Shown here piece by piece: positions 11,344-21,145 of a stretch of DNA of 64,000 bases. Position 1 is the stretch's first letter; every line of letters begins with the position of its first letter. Source of the DNA: a virus; the IMG/VR virus record IMGVR_UViG_3300037423_002564; one strand, written 5' to 3'. Position numbers and translations under genes: made by a program. The notes beneath the pieces are model-generated. The model was not told where the DNA came from, searched no databases, and was given only the letters and a program-made list of their open reading frames with translations.

Positions 11344-12046
11344 GCGCCTGACGGCCCAAGGCTGGAAGATCGACTACCACGAGGGCTACCGCAAGTTCTA
11401 CGACGCGGTGGACTTCATCGACCTGGCCGAGATCGAAGTGGGCCGGGCTTACATGAACGGGCCGCTGGACGACGAGGTCGAGCTGGTGCGCATGGAGCTG
11501 GGCGATTACGGCATCATGCTGTGCAAGAAGAAGGCGTTCAGCCTGGACTGGCAGCCGCTCGTGGACTCCGGCACGCGCGAGTTGGGCGAGTTGCAGGAGT
11601 GGGAGAACAAGAAGCCACCCGAGGCCGCCTGCGTCGCGTTCCGCAAGGTGCTGCGCGACATCGCGGAGTTCCACCGCCGCGTCGGCAAGGCCACGCCCGA
11701 CAAGCCCGATGGCCTGCTGGAGTCCCAGGTAGACGGCTACACCGGCTACTTCTCGTGGACCTGGGACATGGTGGACCAGCTCTACGTCTACGTCCACCTG
11801 CCGAAGGCCGGCTGGGAGCTGGAATACGAGGACCGCTGGTTCCACACCCTCACCGACCTCCAGGCCACGTTCTGGGAGATGATCGACAAGTACATGGGCC
11901 ACGACGCGGAGTCCCGCGGCGAGGACGACGACGACCACGAGGGCGACCTGATCGACCGGAGCTGGGCGGCGAAGGTCCGGCCCACGGACCCGATCATCCG
12001 CCCTGCCACCCGGAAAGGGGTTCGAGAGCATGTCTACTTCGAGTAG
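11297..12046 (+). CDS. Acidic hypothetical protein with VDSGTR motif variant
   Basis: AGGAGG SD before ATG 11297; PLVDSGTRELG. Confidence 0.7.
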   Translation: MPEILAPSARFQADLERLTAQGWKIDYHEGYRKFYDAVDFIDLAEIEVGRAYMNGPLDDEVELVRMELGDYGIMLCKKKAFSLDWQPLVDSGTRELGELQEWENKKPPEAACVAFRKVLRDIAEFHRRVGKATPDKPDGLLESQVDGYTGYFSWTWDMVDQLYVYVHLPKAGWELEYEDRWFHTLTDLQATFWEMIDKYMGHDAESRGEDDDDHEGDLIDRSWAAKVRPTDPIIRPATRKGVREHVYFE

Positions 12047-12425
12047 TCCCTACAACACGCTGGGCGTGAAGCGCAACACGGAGCACCACCTGCGGTTGCT
12101 CGTGGGCCTGGCCGCGGACACCGGTCGCGTCTACTTCACCCGGCCACACAAGTGGCGCATCCGCATGTTCGTGGTCAACGAGAACCGCGAGCTGGTGGAG
12201 TTCGAGCCCACGGGCAACCCGATGAAGCTCACGGGCGGCTCCCAGGAGGAGCTGGACGTCCACCGCCGGCAGGAGGCGAAGCTGATGGGGTTCTGCCTCA
12301 AGAAAAGAGCCCTCTTGGCGGCCACTGTGGAGGCCGCCAATATGCCCGCGGCCACCTTCGGCTCCCTCTGCCGGGTCGCGGGGGTTCCCGTGCCCAAGGT
12401 AACATATCACAGGCTCGACGAGTAA
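12030..12425 (+). CDS. Hypothetical protein with ADTGR motif variant
   Basis: LVGLAADTGRVYF. Confidence 0.7.
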   Translation: MSTSSSPYNTLGVKRNTEHHLRLLVGLAADTGRVYFTRPHKWRIRMFVVNENRELVEFEPTGNPMKLTGGSQEELDVHRRQEAKLMGFCLKKRALLAATVEAANMPAATFGSLCRVAGVPVPKVTYHRLDE

Positions 12426-12793
12426 TGGGAGCGATCGCCTACACCCATGACGGGGACGTCTATTGCACGAGCTGCTGCGAGGCAGAAGAGGACAACCCGG
12501 AGCAGGGCGCCATCTTCCCCTGGAACGAGATCGACCACCGCGGGCTCTTCTGCGGCCAGTGCCGGCGGGCGATCGTGGACCCCCAGAGCCCTCCGTTCGT
12601 TCGCCTATTCGTGGCCGATTCCGGCCGCGCCTTCCGCGAGGAGAAGTGCGGCCAGGGCTGGATCCCCTCCGGCATCCCCGACCATGTTGCCGACGCCATC
12701 AACGATATGGACGATCACCACGTCATCGAGTTCCTGGACGATGACGGCCTCCTCAACCTGGCCGTCGGCACGGAGGTGCGCCGTGCCGGGTGA
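12425..12793 (+). CDS. Zn-ribbon protein with C-terminal ADSGR module
   Basis: IAYTHDGDVYCTSC...CGQC then RLFVADSGRAFRE. Confidence 0.7.
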   Translation: MGAIAYTHDGDVYCTSCCEAEEDNPEQGAIFPWNEIDHRGLFCGQCRRAIVDPQSPPFVRLFVADSGRAFREEKCGQGWIPSGIPDHVADAINDMDDHHVIEFLDDDGLLNLAVGTEVRRAG

Positions 12794-13136
12794 GGAGCGC
12801 ATTCGCGAGCCAGACCCCCACCTCTTGGAGGGCTGGGAGGTCTACGTCGAGACCATCTTCTACAACGACTCGGGCCGCTTCATCGGCTCCAAGCACACCT
12901 GGTGGCCCGAGACGCCGGCGGAAGTGCTCTACGCCTTCATGGACAACCAGTATGTCGCCGACATCGCCCATGAATGCCTACCTTACGGCATCTGCGCCGA
13001 CATCTACGCCAGCAGGATCGAAGGGAGAATCTGCAAATGTCCGCTACCTGTGAGGCGCGCGCCGGGACCGCCCGGTACGTGCGCCTGTGGCGCCAATTAC
13101 GGGTCTTCAACAAGTGCTACACCATCCAGGAACTAG
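12783..13136 (+). CDS. Hypothetical protein with NDSGR motif and Cys-rich C-terminus
   Basis: GGAGG SD, GTG start; TIFYNDSGRFIGS. Confidence 0.7.
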   Translation: MPGEERIREPDPHLLEGWEVYVETIFYNDSGRFIGSKHTWWPETPAEVLYAFMDNQYVADIAHECLPYGICADIYASRIEGRICKCPLPVRRAPGPPGTCACGANYGSSTSATPSRN

Positions 13137-13921
13137 ACGAGCGGGTGCGTGATGCGGTCTTCGAGAGGATGCGCAACGACCCGAACCAGTGGGACTACCA
13201 CGACAGCGAGATGTGCAGCGAGGACGCCAAGCACACCCTGGAGCGGTTCGGTTACGAAAACCAGGAGGTGAGCTGGAGCGCCGGCTTCTGCCAGGGCGAC
13301 TACTTCAACTTCGCCAGCGGCACCGTGCGCGACCAGTTCGTGATCCGCCGGGTGATGGGCAAGCGCGCGCGCCGGCTGGAGCGCTTCTTCGAGAAGCGTG
13401 GTCGTGACCTCTACCGTCTCATCGGCATCAGCGTGAACGCCGGCTACCGCGGCCTGGACCGGAACTCCCGCGAGATCGTCATCTCGCTGGACGAGCAAGA
13501 CCTGGTGGTGGGCGGGACCTTCACCGCCCTGGCCGATTCCGGCCGCAAGCTGGAGGCCCACACGTTCACCACCTACAACCTGGGCAGCGGCCTGGCGCGC
13601 GAGCTTCAACACGAGGTAGAGGGGAACTGGAGCCGTTGGGGCGAGGATGGCGCGGACCCCGTCGTCCGCAAGGTGCGCGGGTTCTGGTACGTCGTGAAGC
13701 CCATCACGATGAACGAGTTCATGGAGAAGTTCGTCTCCGATCTGGAAGCGGCCGTCGAGGCGGACTGCGACCGCATCTGCCGGAACATCCTAAGCGACAT
13801 CCACGACGAGATCATGTACAAGTCCAGCGACGAGTACCTCGCGGAGGAGTGCGAGGGCCGCGACCTCTGGTTCGACAAGGAAGGCGAAGAGGTAGACCTG
13901 CCCCATGGATACCCCCGGTAG
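13037..13921 (+). CDS. Acidic phage/plasmid protein (family often mis-annotated as antitoxin of TA stability system) with internal ADSGR segment
   Basis: YTIQELDE...WSAGFCQGD...YKSSDEYLAEECEGRDLWFDKEG; insert FTALADSGRKLE. Confidence 0.6.
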   Translation: MSATCEARAGTARYVRLWRQLRVFNKCYTIQELDERVRDAVFERMRNDPNQWDYHDSEMCSEDAKHTLERFGYENQEVSWSAGFCQGDYFNFASGTVRDQFVIRRVMGKRARRLERFFEKRGRDLYRLIGISVNAGYRGLDRNSREIVISLDEQDLVVGGTFTALADSGRKLEAHTFTTYNLGSGLARELQHEVEGNWSRWGEDGADPVVRKVRGFWYVVKPITMNEFMEKFVSDLEAAVEADCDRICRNILSDIHDEIMYKSSDEYLAEECEGRDLWFDKEGEEVDLPHGYPR

Positions 13922-14243
13922 CGTCTGCCGGCAGTGCGGCCGGCACTACATCCAGTGGCTCCACGTCCGCTTCTTCGCCGACGTGGGCAACCGCGTACTG
14001 GGCTATGTGGCCGGCCCGGCCATCTGCTTTCCCCCGGCCGTCCAGAAGATGGCCTGGAGCGCCATCAGGAACAACTGGGGCTTCACCAAGGTCCAGTTCC
14101 TGCCGGAAATGGCCGGCCGCCTGGTGCAGGTGAAGATCGGCAGCGCGATGGACCACTGCCTGCTCTGCACCCTCACCGACGATGGCATCTTTGCCAGGAG
14201 CTACCGCAGCATGAACGGACTTGGCGATGACGGCAACGGCTGA
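13905..14243 (+). CDS. CxxC protein with ADVGNR motif variant
   Basis: CRQC...VRFFADVGNRVLG. Confidence 0.65.
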   Translation: MDTPGSVCRQCGRHYIQWLHVRFFADVGNRVLGYVAGPAICFPPAVQKMAWSAIRNNWGFTKVQFLPEMAGRLVQVKIGSAMDHCLLCTLTDDGIFARSYRSMNGLGDDGNG

Positions 14244-14571
14244 CGAATACGAGGCCGCGACCCAGCGGGACCCGCTCTCGCGCATCTGCTTCCACTGCGA
14301 CCGGAAGTTCTCGCCCAGCTTGGATTACATCCGCGCCGCGGACAGCGGGCGTTCGCTCCACCAAGGCGGTGGCCCCGCCATCATCCTCACGCGCCACGAG
14401 CGCATGTTGCTCGGGCGCTTCTCCAAGTACAACACGGACGGCACGTCCAAGCTTCACAACGTCCCGCACAACCAGATGATTGATGGTTGCTGGTACTGGG
14501 GCGACATCCACCTCGAAAGCTGCTGCTCGACCTGGTGTCAGCGGAAGTGGTACGAGGAGAACCACGATTAG
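14227..14571 (+). CDS. CxxC protein with ADSGR motif
   Basis: CFHC...YIRAADSGRSL...CSTWC. Confidence 0.7.
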   Translation: MTATADEYEAATQRDPLSRICFHCDRKFSPSLDYIRAADSGRSLHQGGGPAIILTRHERMLLGRFSKYNTDGTSKLHNVPHNQMIDGCWYWGDIHLESCCSTWCQRKWYEENHD

Positions 14572-14580
14572 GAGATCGAC

Positions 14581-15528
14581 ATGATCAAGCTCTCCAACGG
14601 CCTGATGGCCGACATCTCCACCCTCAAGCTCGACCGCTTGCAGCGGCTACCGCAACTCCCGGGCGGCATGGGCGTCAACACCCAAATGGGGTCCGGCTGC
14701 TTCTTGGAGCCGCCGGGCCACCCCAGCTATTTCATGCGCTCGGTCGGTGGCGACTGCCGCGCCTACGTCATCAGCATCGGCGACGGCGTCTATATCGTCG
14801 ACGGCGAGACCTACAACGGTGGCTGGAAGGACGTTAACTGGGTCAAGTACGGTGCGCCGAAGGATCGCCAGGAGCGGCTCAACTGGCTCTACAGTCCGCT
14901 CCCTGTCGACCACCCGCGGGTGCGCGCCTGGATCGAGCAGCTCTACCGCCACCAGCGCAACTGCTACCGCATCGAGGGCGAGAAGGACTTCGTCGTCTTC
15001 CCGACGCAGTCCCACGACTTCATCAAGATGGGGCTGTTCGTCCCCGAGCCGTCCGGCCGCGAGGCCAAGCTGGAGGGTGGCATCTTCGACCACCTCTCCG
15101 AGGAGACCAAGGAGCGCTACCGCGTCACGCAGGCCGGCCTGATGGCCGAAGCCCAAGAGACCGTCAAGATCAAGCGCGAGGCGTTCAACGCGGAGCGCGC
15201 CAAGGCTTGCACGCCCGATCGCCACCTCGCGGTCTTGAGCGTCCGCAAGTTCTACCCGGAGTACCAGCCGGAGCTGGACCTCATCAACGCCGAGCAGGGC
15301 GCCCGGCCGGCCGACTGGTGGACGGTCCTTGCCACCAAACCCGATCCGTGCCCGATGGCCCACAAGCCGCATATGCGCTTCGTGTGCCAGTACTGCGGCG
15401 ACAAGAGCGACGGCACGCCGGGTCCCAACGGCGAGGTCTACAACAACGCCAAGGACGGCAACAAGGAGGTCTACGCCGGCTACGTCTACCACAACGAAGC
15501 CGCCAAGGTCGAGGCACCTCGGGCATGA
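14581..15528 (+). CDS. Hypothetical protein
   Basis: AGGAG SD, 315-aa ORF with typical codon bias. Confidence 0.7.
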   Translation: MIKLSNGLMADISTLKLDRLQRLPQLPGGMGVNTQMGSGCFLEPPGHPSYFMRSVGGDCRAYVISIGDGVYIVDGETYNGGWKDVNWVKYGAPKDRQERLNWLYSPLPVDHPRVRAWIEQLYRHQRNCYRIEGEKDFVVFPTQSHDFIKMGLFVPEPSGREAKLEGGIFDHLSEETKERYRVTQAGLMAEAQETVKIKREAFNAERAKACTPDRHLAVLSVRKFYPEYQPELDLINAEQGARPADWWTVLATKPDPCPMAHKPHMRFVCQYCGDKSDGTPGPNGEVYNNAKDGNKEVYAGYVYHNEAAKVEAPRA

Positions 15529-16091
15529 TGACCATCCGCGTGAGCGTGGACCACGGCGAGCTGCGGCGCGACGAGTTCTCGTTCTACTTCGAGCCCCTGC
15601 GCAACGAGTTGCGGCTGTCGGGGTACGAACGCCAGACGCGGAAGAGCAAGCGCGCCAAGTTCGTCGCCGTGGCGGCCTATCCCTCCAGGCGCCCCTTGGA
15701 GGTCCTGCGCGAGTATCAGGTGCCGCTCACGGCCGCCGTGATCGCCGAGGCCCACCAGCAACTCGTGGACCGCGTGCGCGCGGCCAAGCTGCCGGAGCCC
15801 AACCCCAACTTCCCAGAAACCCCATGAACACGCCCATCGACGCGAGCCGTCACTTCGTCGATGGGTGCGACCCCTGTATGCGCGCCCAAGAGGATGACAC
15901 GACCTACTTCGACCGCTGCACGTTCTGCAACCGGCTCGTGACCACGTATTGGTGGCTTCACGACGAGCAAGCCCACCCCGCCAACGGCAACGAGTGCGAG
16001 GTGTGCTTCTACAAGGCCGTATGCGATGCTTGTGCGATCGTTATCGACAGTAACGGTGCCATCCTCTGTCCCCCATGCCGTGATGCGCGGC

Positions 16092-16475
16092 ATGGCCGAA
16101 AGGTTGCACCCGGTGGAAGACCATAAAACCTTTGTCATTACCAGCTACCCCAACGCCTTCGCCATCTTGGTCGGCGACACCTGGCAGGTGTGGAGCGGCG
16201 ACGCGGCGGAGCTGCTGATCGCCGCGGCCGAAGGTAGCGAGGACGTAGCCTGGCAGGCCGCCGCCAAGCTCATCAAGGACAACCAGGTGGCGGCCGTGAA
16301 CGCCTCCTACCAGGAGGTACATCGCTGCGCCAAGGCCATCGAGTACGAGGCCCAGCGCATCATGCACGCCGCGGAGATGCGCCGGCCCCAGGACGTGATG
16401 CACCACTTCAACAAGCTCCAGGACTTCTACACGCTGCTCGCCAACGAGCGCGTGATGCTCGTGGCCTACGAATAG
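16092..16475 (+). CDS. Protein of FVxxx[FY]PxA...ExxAWxxAA family with helical C-terminal extension
   Basis: KTFVITSYPNA...SEDVAWQAAA. Confidence 0.65.
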   Translation: MAERLHPVEDHKTFVITSYPNAFAILVGDTWQVWSGDAAELLIAAAEGSEDVAWQAAAKLIKDNQVAAVNASYQEVHRCAKAIEYEAQRIMHAAEMRRPQDVMHHFNKLQDFYTLLANERVMLVAYE

Positions 16476-16491
16476 GCCGGGAAGGAATCGC

Positions 16492-17211
16492 ATGAACAGC
16501 AAGGACTTGGCCGAACGTATCGTCGAGGCGATGCGCGAGAACACCTTCGCGCTCTACCAGAAGGACACCGACAAGGACCGGGAGCTGAAGGCGCTGATCG
16601 CCGGCATCCTGGGCGAGACGCCGGCCGGCCTCTTGTCGGTGGATGTGCGCGACGAGGCCATCGTCTCGCACATCGACAAGGAGATACTCAAGCGGCTCGC
16701 GCCGGGCGAGTTGCGCCGCGTCCAGGCCGACATGATCGACACCCTCATGCGGCTGGAAGAGGCGCTCCAGAAGGAGTGCGGGCCCGATGGAGGCCGGGTG
16801 ATGGGCATCGGCGCGAACCTCAACGTCAACGCCTGGCTCACGATGCCGGAGCTGATGGGCACCGGCGGCGACATCCGAACGGCGAAGATCGTCGCCTGCC
16901 TCCACGATATGAACGAGGGCCACACCATCTTCGAGGACCACGGCCCAGAAGACCCGCACGAGGACGACACCTACCGGTGCGACGAGTGCAAGAAGTCCGG
17001 CCCGTGGTCGGAGACGGCGGCCGGCCACTGCCCGCACTGCGACATGCCGGCAGACTTCGTGCCCCACGACCCCTTCGCGCACAAGGACAACCCGCCCCCG
17101 CTCTACGATGACCAGCCGGAGCCGGACGGCCCCCAGGCCAACCCCTGGGTCGCGGAGGCGGATCTGGAGCGCGACCGGCAGATCTACCCGGGCATCCACC
17201 CCGATGCTTGA
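16492..17211 (+). CDS. Hypothetical protein with C-terminal Zn ribbon
   Basis: CDEC...CPHC; typical codon bias. Confidence 0.65.
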   Translation: MNSKDLAERIVEAMRENTFALYQKDTDKDRELKALIAGILGETPAGLLSVDVRDEAIVSHIDKEILKRLAPGELRRVQADMIDTLMRLEEALQKECGPDGGRVMGIGANLNVNAWLTMPELMGTGGDIRTAKIVACLHDMNEGHTIFEDHGPEDPHEDDTYRCDECKKSGPWSETAAGHCPHCDMPADFVPHDPFAHKDNPPPLYDDQPEPDGPQANPWVAEADLERDRQIYPGIHPDA

Positions 17212-18009
17212 ACAACCCACGCCGCGCGAAGCGGACGAGGTCTCCGACGAGGACCTAGAAGCCGCGAGCGAGATGCTCGACGGCCTCGTCAACGGCACCC
17301 ACTACCCGCCGGCGGGCTCGACGATCGGGCCCTTCACCGTGCGTTACATCGGAGGTTAACCCAGCCATGACCCACTTGGACCGCCAGGTCATCATCCACC
17401 TCTTCCAGGGCGGCGCCGTCGTCGCCCGGGACAAGGACGACAAGAGCAAGGAGACCAAGAAGAAGATCGACGGCTCTCTGCCGGTCTTCTCCGTCGACAC
17501 GATGGAGGAGGCTAACCAGCTCATCACCTTGCTCTGCAAGCGCGGCTACGACAACGAGTCAATGCTGCTGCCGTTCTCCGGCGAGTACGAGCACATGATC
17601 AAGGTCTCCGAGATGATGGAGGAGGTGTACACGCTCAAGAAGCGCGGCTACACCGGCGAGGAGCTGTTCGCCCCCTTCGTCCGCTACAAGAAGGAGACGG
17701 GCTGCGAGGTCAAGCTGCCATGAGCGGCAACACCCGCCTCTTCCGGGTCGAAACCTCGGAGCTGATCTACGCCACCGTCGTCCGCTACGTGGAGCTGCCG
17801 GCGGACGACGTGGAGCCCGAGTACAACGCCGCCATCAAGGCCCGGGAGGAGCAGAAGAACGACATGGCGGAGGTCCACCCGGACGGCCACTACGAGCACC
17901 TCGACACCCGCGAGGTGAAGGAGGTGACGGGCGCGGAGGCCGAGGCCATCCGCAAGCAGGCAGCCAAGGACAAGGCGCGCATCGAGCGCTTTGACGTCAC
18001 TCGCTAGAC

Positions 18010-18366
18010 ATGAAAACGAAGAAGAAGAAAACCTACCCCAAGGTTCACATCACGGCGGCCGATCTGGCCGCCCTACCGGAGTACTCCGCCTCCTTGCCTA
18101 CCGGCACCTATTTGGGCAAGCGCTGGAAGCGCGATTGCGGTCCCGACCGGGATTCCGGCCGCAAGACCTGGTTCATCGGGGAGTTCTACCCCATCGACAT
18201 CCCCGGAGAGGTGGGCATCCGCTGGAGCGAGGTGTGGCTGGTGCCCGCCTACGGACCGACGGAGATCCACCCCAAGGAGGCCAAGACCTGCCTCTGCCAC
18301 ACCGAGCCCTACAAGTTCGGCGTCTGCCACGTATGCGCGGCCTGGCGCTGGAAGCACGAGCGATAG
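18010..18366 (+). CDS. Hypothetical protein with RDSGR motif
   Basis: LPEYSASLPTGTYLGKRWKR...DRDSGRKTWFIG. Confidence 0.65.
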   Translation: MKTKKKKTYPKVHITAADLAALPEYSASLPTGTYLGKRWKRDCGPDRDSGRKTWFIGEFYPIDIPGEVGIRWSEVWLVPAYGPTEIHPKEAKTCLCHTEPYKFGVCHVCAAWRWKHER

Positions 18367-19206
18367 CGAGGACCCATGCCCTTCAAGCCCATCGACCCGG
18401 TGGACTACACCAACAACCCGGCAGACCCGCGGCGGGAGAAGCTGGGGAACGCCGGCGCGGCGTTCGTCAACCGGCTGCTGGAGCGCGGCTGGAAGCCGAT
18501 GGTCAACCCGCAGACCAAGCACAAGGATCGCATCGACATCCGCGACGAGCAGAACGTCACGGTGGCGATGCTCCACGACTACGACGACATCAACAGCCTG
18601 GCCGAGGCGCTCCAGCCGCCACCCAAGGAGTTCTTCCGCATCATGAGCGGCTTCCAGAAGGCGCTCGCGGACGGCTGGACGCTTGAGACCAAGGACGACA
18701 AGATGTTCGCCTGCCGACCGGCCTGGGCCAACTACAAGCTCCAGAACTACACCGACCTGGAGCTGTGGCTCCACGACGCGGGCTACGCCCATGGGTGCTT
18801 CTAAGATGGGCATGTTTAGCTGGACTTGCCCCAAGTGCAAGCTGCCCGTACTCTCACCCATGGTGACGGGCGGCGACCCGCGCGCGGTGAAGCTCACGCG
18901 CGTGGTCTTCCTGCTGCCCGGCGGCAGCCTCATCCGTGGCGACTACGACGGCTATGGTGGCACCAACCAGCACCCGATGCTGGTAGCCGACCTGCCCGTG
19001 GACAGCCAGGTCAAGGTGCAACACCAGGGCTGCTACACCGGCGAGAGCTACGCCGACGCGCCCGACAGCCCCGACGAGCCCCGGCAGGGCTTCATGTACA
19101 GCGAGGAGGAGCTGGAGCGTATCTTCAGCGGCACCCCCATCCCCGACGACGAGCCGAGCCCCATGGACCGGGCGCTGGCCGACGTCCTTGCAGAAGGAGA
19201 GACCCG

Positions 19207-19812
19207 TTGAGTCAGAGTTTCGAGCTGATCAAGGAGCTGCTCGCGAGCGATCGCGGCCCCGAGGCGATGGAAGAGATCGTCGAGAAGGCGCGCGCGCTGG
19301 TCGCCGCGGCCGAGATCGAGGAGGAGGACGAACGGCTGGACCAGCTCGTCGCCAACTTCGAGGGCAACATCGCCGACCTGGAGAGCGTCACCAACCGCCT
19401 CGACAACCTCACGGGCGACGGCCTGGCCGGCCCCTGGGTGCCCGGCTGGCTGGAGAGCCTGGGTGTGGAACTCGACGAGGTCGAGGACATGAAGTCCACC
19501 GCCTACGACCTGCACGAGAAGATGGAGACCTGGCGCGACCAGATGCAGGAGCTGCGCGCGGGCGTCAAGGGACGCCGCACGGTGCTCGCGGCCTACCCCG
19601 GCGCGAAGATCGTGCAGCCCAACCTGATGCTGCCGCACTTCGTGGCGGAGATCGACGGCGAGGAGGTCGAGGATGCCGTCGGCACCACGGAATGGGAGGT
19701 CTGGGAGGTGCTGGCCGACCTGCACAAGGAGGGCAAGCTTTTCCCGGTCGCGAGCGGCCAGGTGGACCACTCGCGGCTGTCCACCAACCAGACCAACTAC
19801 TGCGAGGACTAG
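19207..19812 (+). CDS. Acidic coiled-coil protein with C-terminal FVxxx[FY]PxA-like domain
   Basis: GAAGGAG SD, TTG start; RTVLAAYPGA...TEWEVWEVLA. Confidence 0.65.
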   Translation: MSQSFELIKELLASDRGPEAMEEIVEKARALVAAAEIEEEDERLDQLVANFEGNIADLESVTNRLDNLTGDGLAGPWVPGWLESLGVELDEVEDMKSTAYDLHEKMETWRDQMQELRAGVKGRRTVLAAYPGAKIVQPNLMLPHFVAEIDGEEVEDAVGTTEWEVWEVLADLHKEGKLFPVASGQVDHSRLSTNQTNYCED

Positions 19813-20246
19813 GCCATGGACCCCAAGGCCAACCTCGACGAGCAACTCGCCCTCGCCAAGCGCGTCCAAGAGATCGCGGGCAGCCAGCCAGCCTACATCG
19901 AGCTAAACGAGGAACTGTCCGCCGAAGTGCGAGAATCGGCGTCTCGCCTCTCCGAACTGGTTCTCGCGCTGCACGAGTGGCGCGAGAAGGGCGGATTCGA
20001 CCCCTACCAGACCGCGCCGACGATGGACCTTGAAGCCCGTAACCCGTGGGGTATCTACCTGACCAACATCGACACGGAGCTGGGCTACCAGCGCCTGACC
20101 GACGAGCAGGTCCGCAATCTGCGGACGGAGCACCCGCGGGCGGAGATCTTCCACATGAAGACCAAGGACCTGTACGTCTTGGAGCCGGACGACTGGAAGG
20201 ACATGGGGTTCAAGGAGAACCCGCTGCCCAAGCGGGCCTTACCCTA

Positions 20247-20274
20247 GAAGCGAAAGCGAAAGGAAAGCGAAAGC
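20247..20274 (+). repeat. Intergenic GAAAGC-like tandem micro-repeat (five imperfect units)
   Basis: gaagc gaaagc gaaag gaaagc gaaagc directly before ATG 20277. Confidence 0.7.
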
Positions 20275-20653
20275 CCATGAGCTACAAGCGCATGCTCGCG
20301 GTGATGGTCGTGGAGGCCGGCAAGGAGCCGGAGCTGCGCGAGGTGGAGATCGAGCCCCAGTTGGACTCCTGGGACGCCCTCAAGAACGTCTACGCCATCA
20401 CCGGGGACGAGGGCAACACGGAGTACTTCTCCCTCCCGCCCGCCTACCCGGACGGCTACAAGCTGTTGTCGGCGTGGGACTGGCGGGACCTCCGCTTCAA
20501 CCGCCTCATCAATGCCGAGCCCTACTTCGGCACCGTGGTCATCGTGGCCCAGTGCCGGCTGGGCTCGCAGTGGGGCGCGCGCAGCATCATCGACGAGGAG
20601 TTCGAGTTCCTATGCCAGTGGCTGACCATGAGCAACCCGCGGTGCTTGACGGC

Positions 20654-21145
20654 GTGAACGAGCCCACGGTCTTCCGCGGCCCGCGGATGGAGGACTTCCC
20701 CGACACGCCCGAAGGGTCGGACGCCTACGGCAACGCGTACTGGAAGGCGCGCTGGGACTTCATTCACGCCGGCCACTCCGAGCGCTTCGAGGAGCACTGC
20801 CTGGCCGAGGAGGACGGCACCACCTACGAGTTCCAGGTGGAGCAGCGCACCCAGAGCGGCACCACCGCTTCCGACCTGCCGGTCTACGACGACGTGGACC
20901 AGGCGATCGCCTACCTCGAAGCGGCGCCGTTCGCCGGCATGGTCCAGCGCTACGTCAAGGGCGCCAATTGGCTCACGGCCGGCATCGCCTACGAGAAGCA
21001 CCGCGGCATCAAGGACCTGTGGCTCGCGCGCAACGAGATGCCCGACATGCCCCACTGGCACGGCGAGCGCCAGTGCGACAGCGGGCGCTACTTCTTCGTG
21101 CGCTGCGAGCTGTGTAAAGACCGAGCCGACACCCGGACCCCGTAG
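20654..21145 (+). CDS. Hypothetical protein with CDSGR motif near C-terminus
   Basis: RQCDSGRYFFVRCELC. Confidence 0.65.
   Translation: MNEPTVFRGPRMEDFPDTPEGSDAYGNAYWKARWDFIHAGHSERFEEHCLAEEDGTTYEFQVEQRTQSGTTASDLPVYDDVDQAIAYLEAAPFAGMVQRYVKGANWLTAGIAYEKHRGIKDLWLARNEMPDMPHWHGERQCDSGRYFFVRCELCKDRADTRTP

Noticed and set aside
450-21145. DSGR motif as a DNA repeat, recombination site or DGR target
   Set aside because: Synonymous codons vary freely, including TCN versus AGC serine. No reverse transcriptase or template/variable repeat pair is seen.
450-21145. DSGR as eukaryotic beta-TrCP degron (DSGxxS) or serine-protease GDSGG motif
   Set aside because: The downstream Ser and the flanking Gly residues are not conserved, and the element is clearly prokaryotic.
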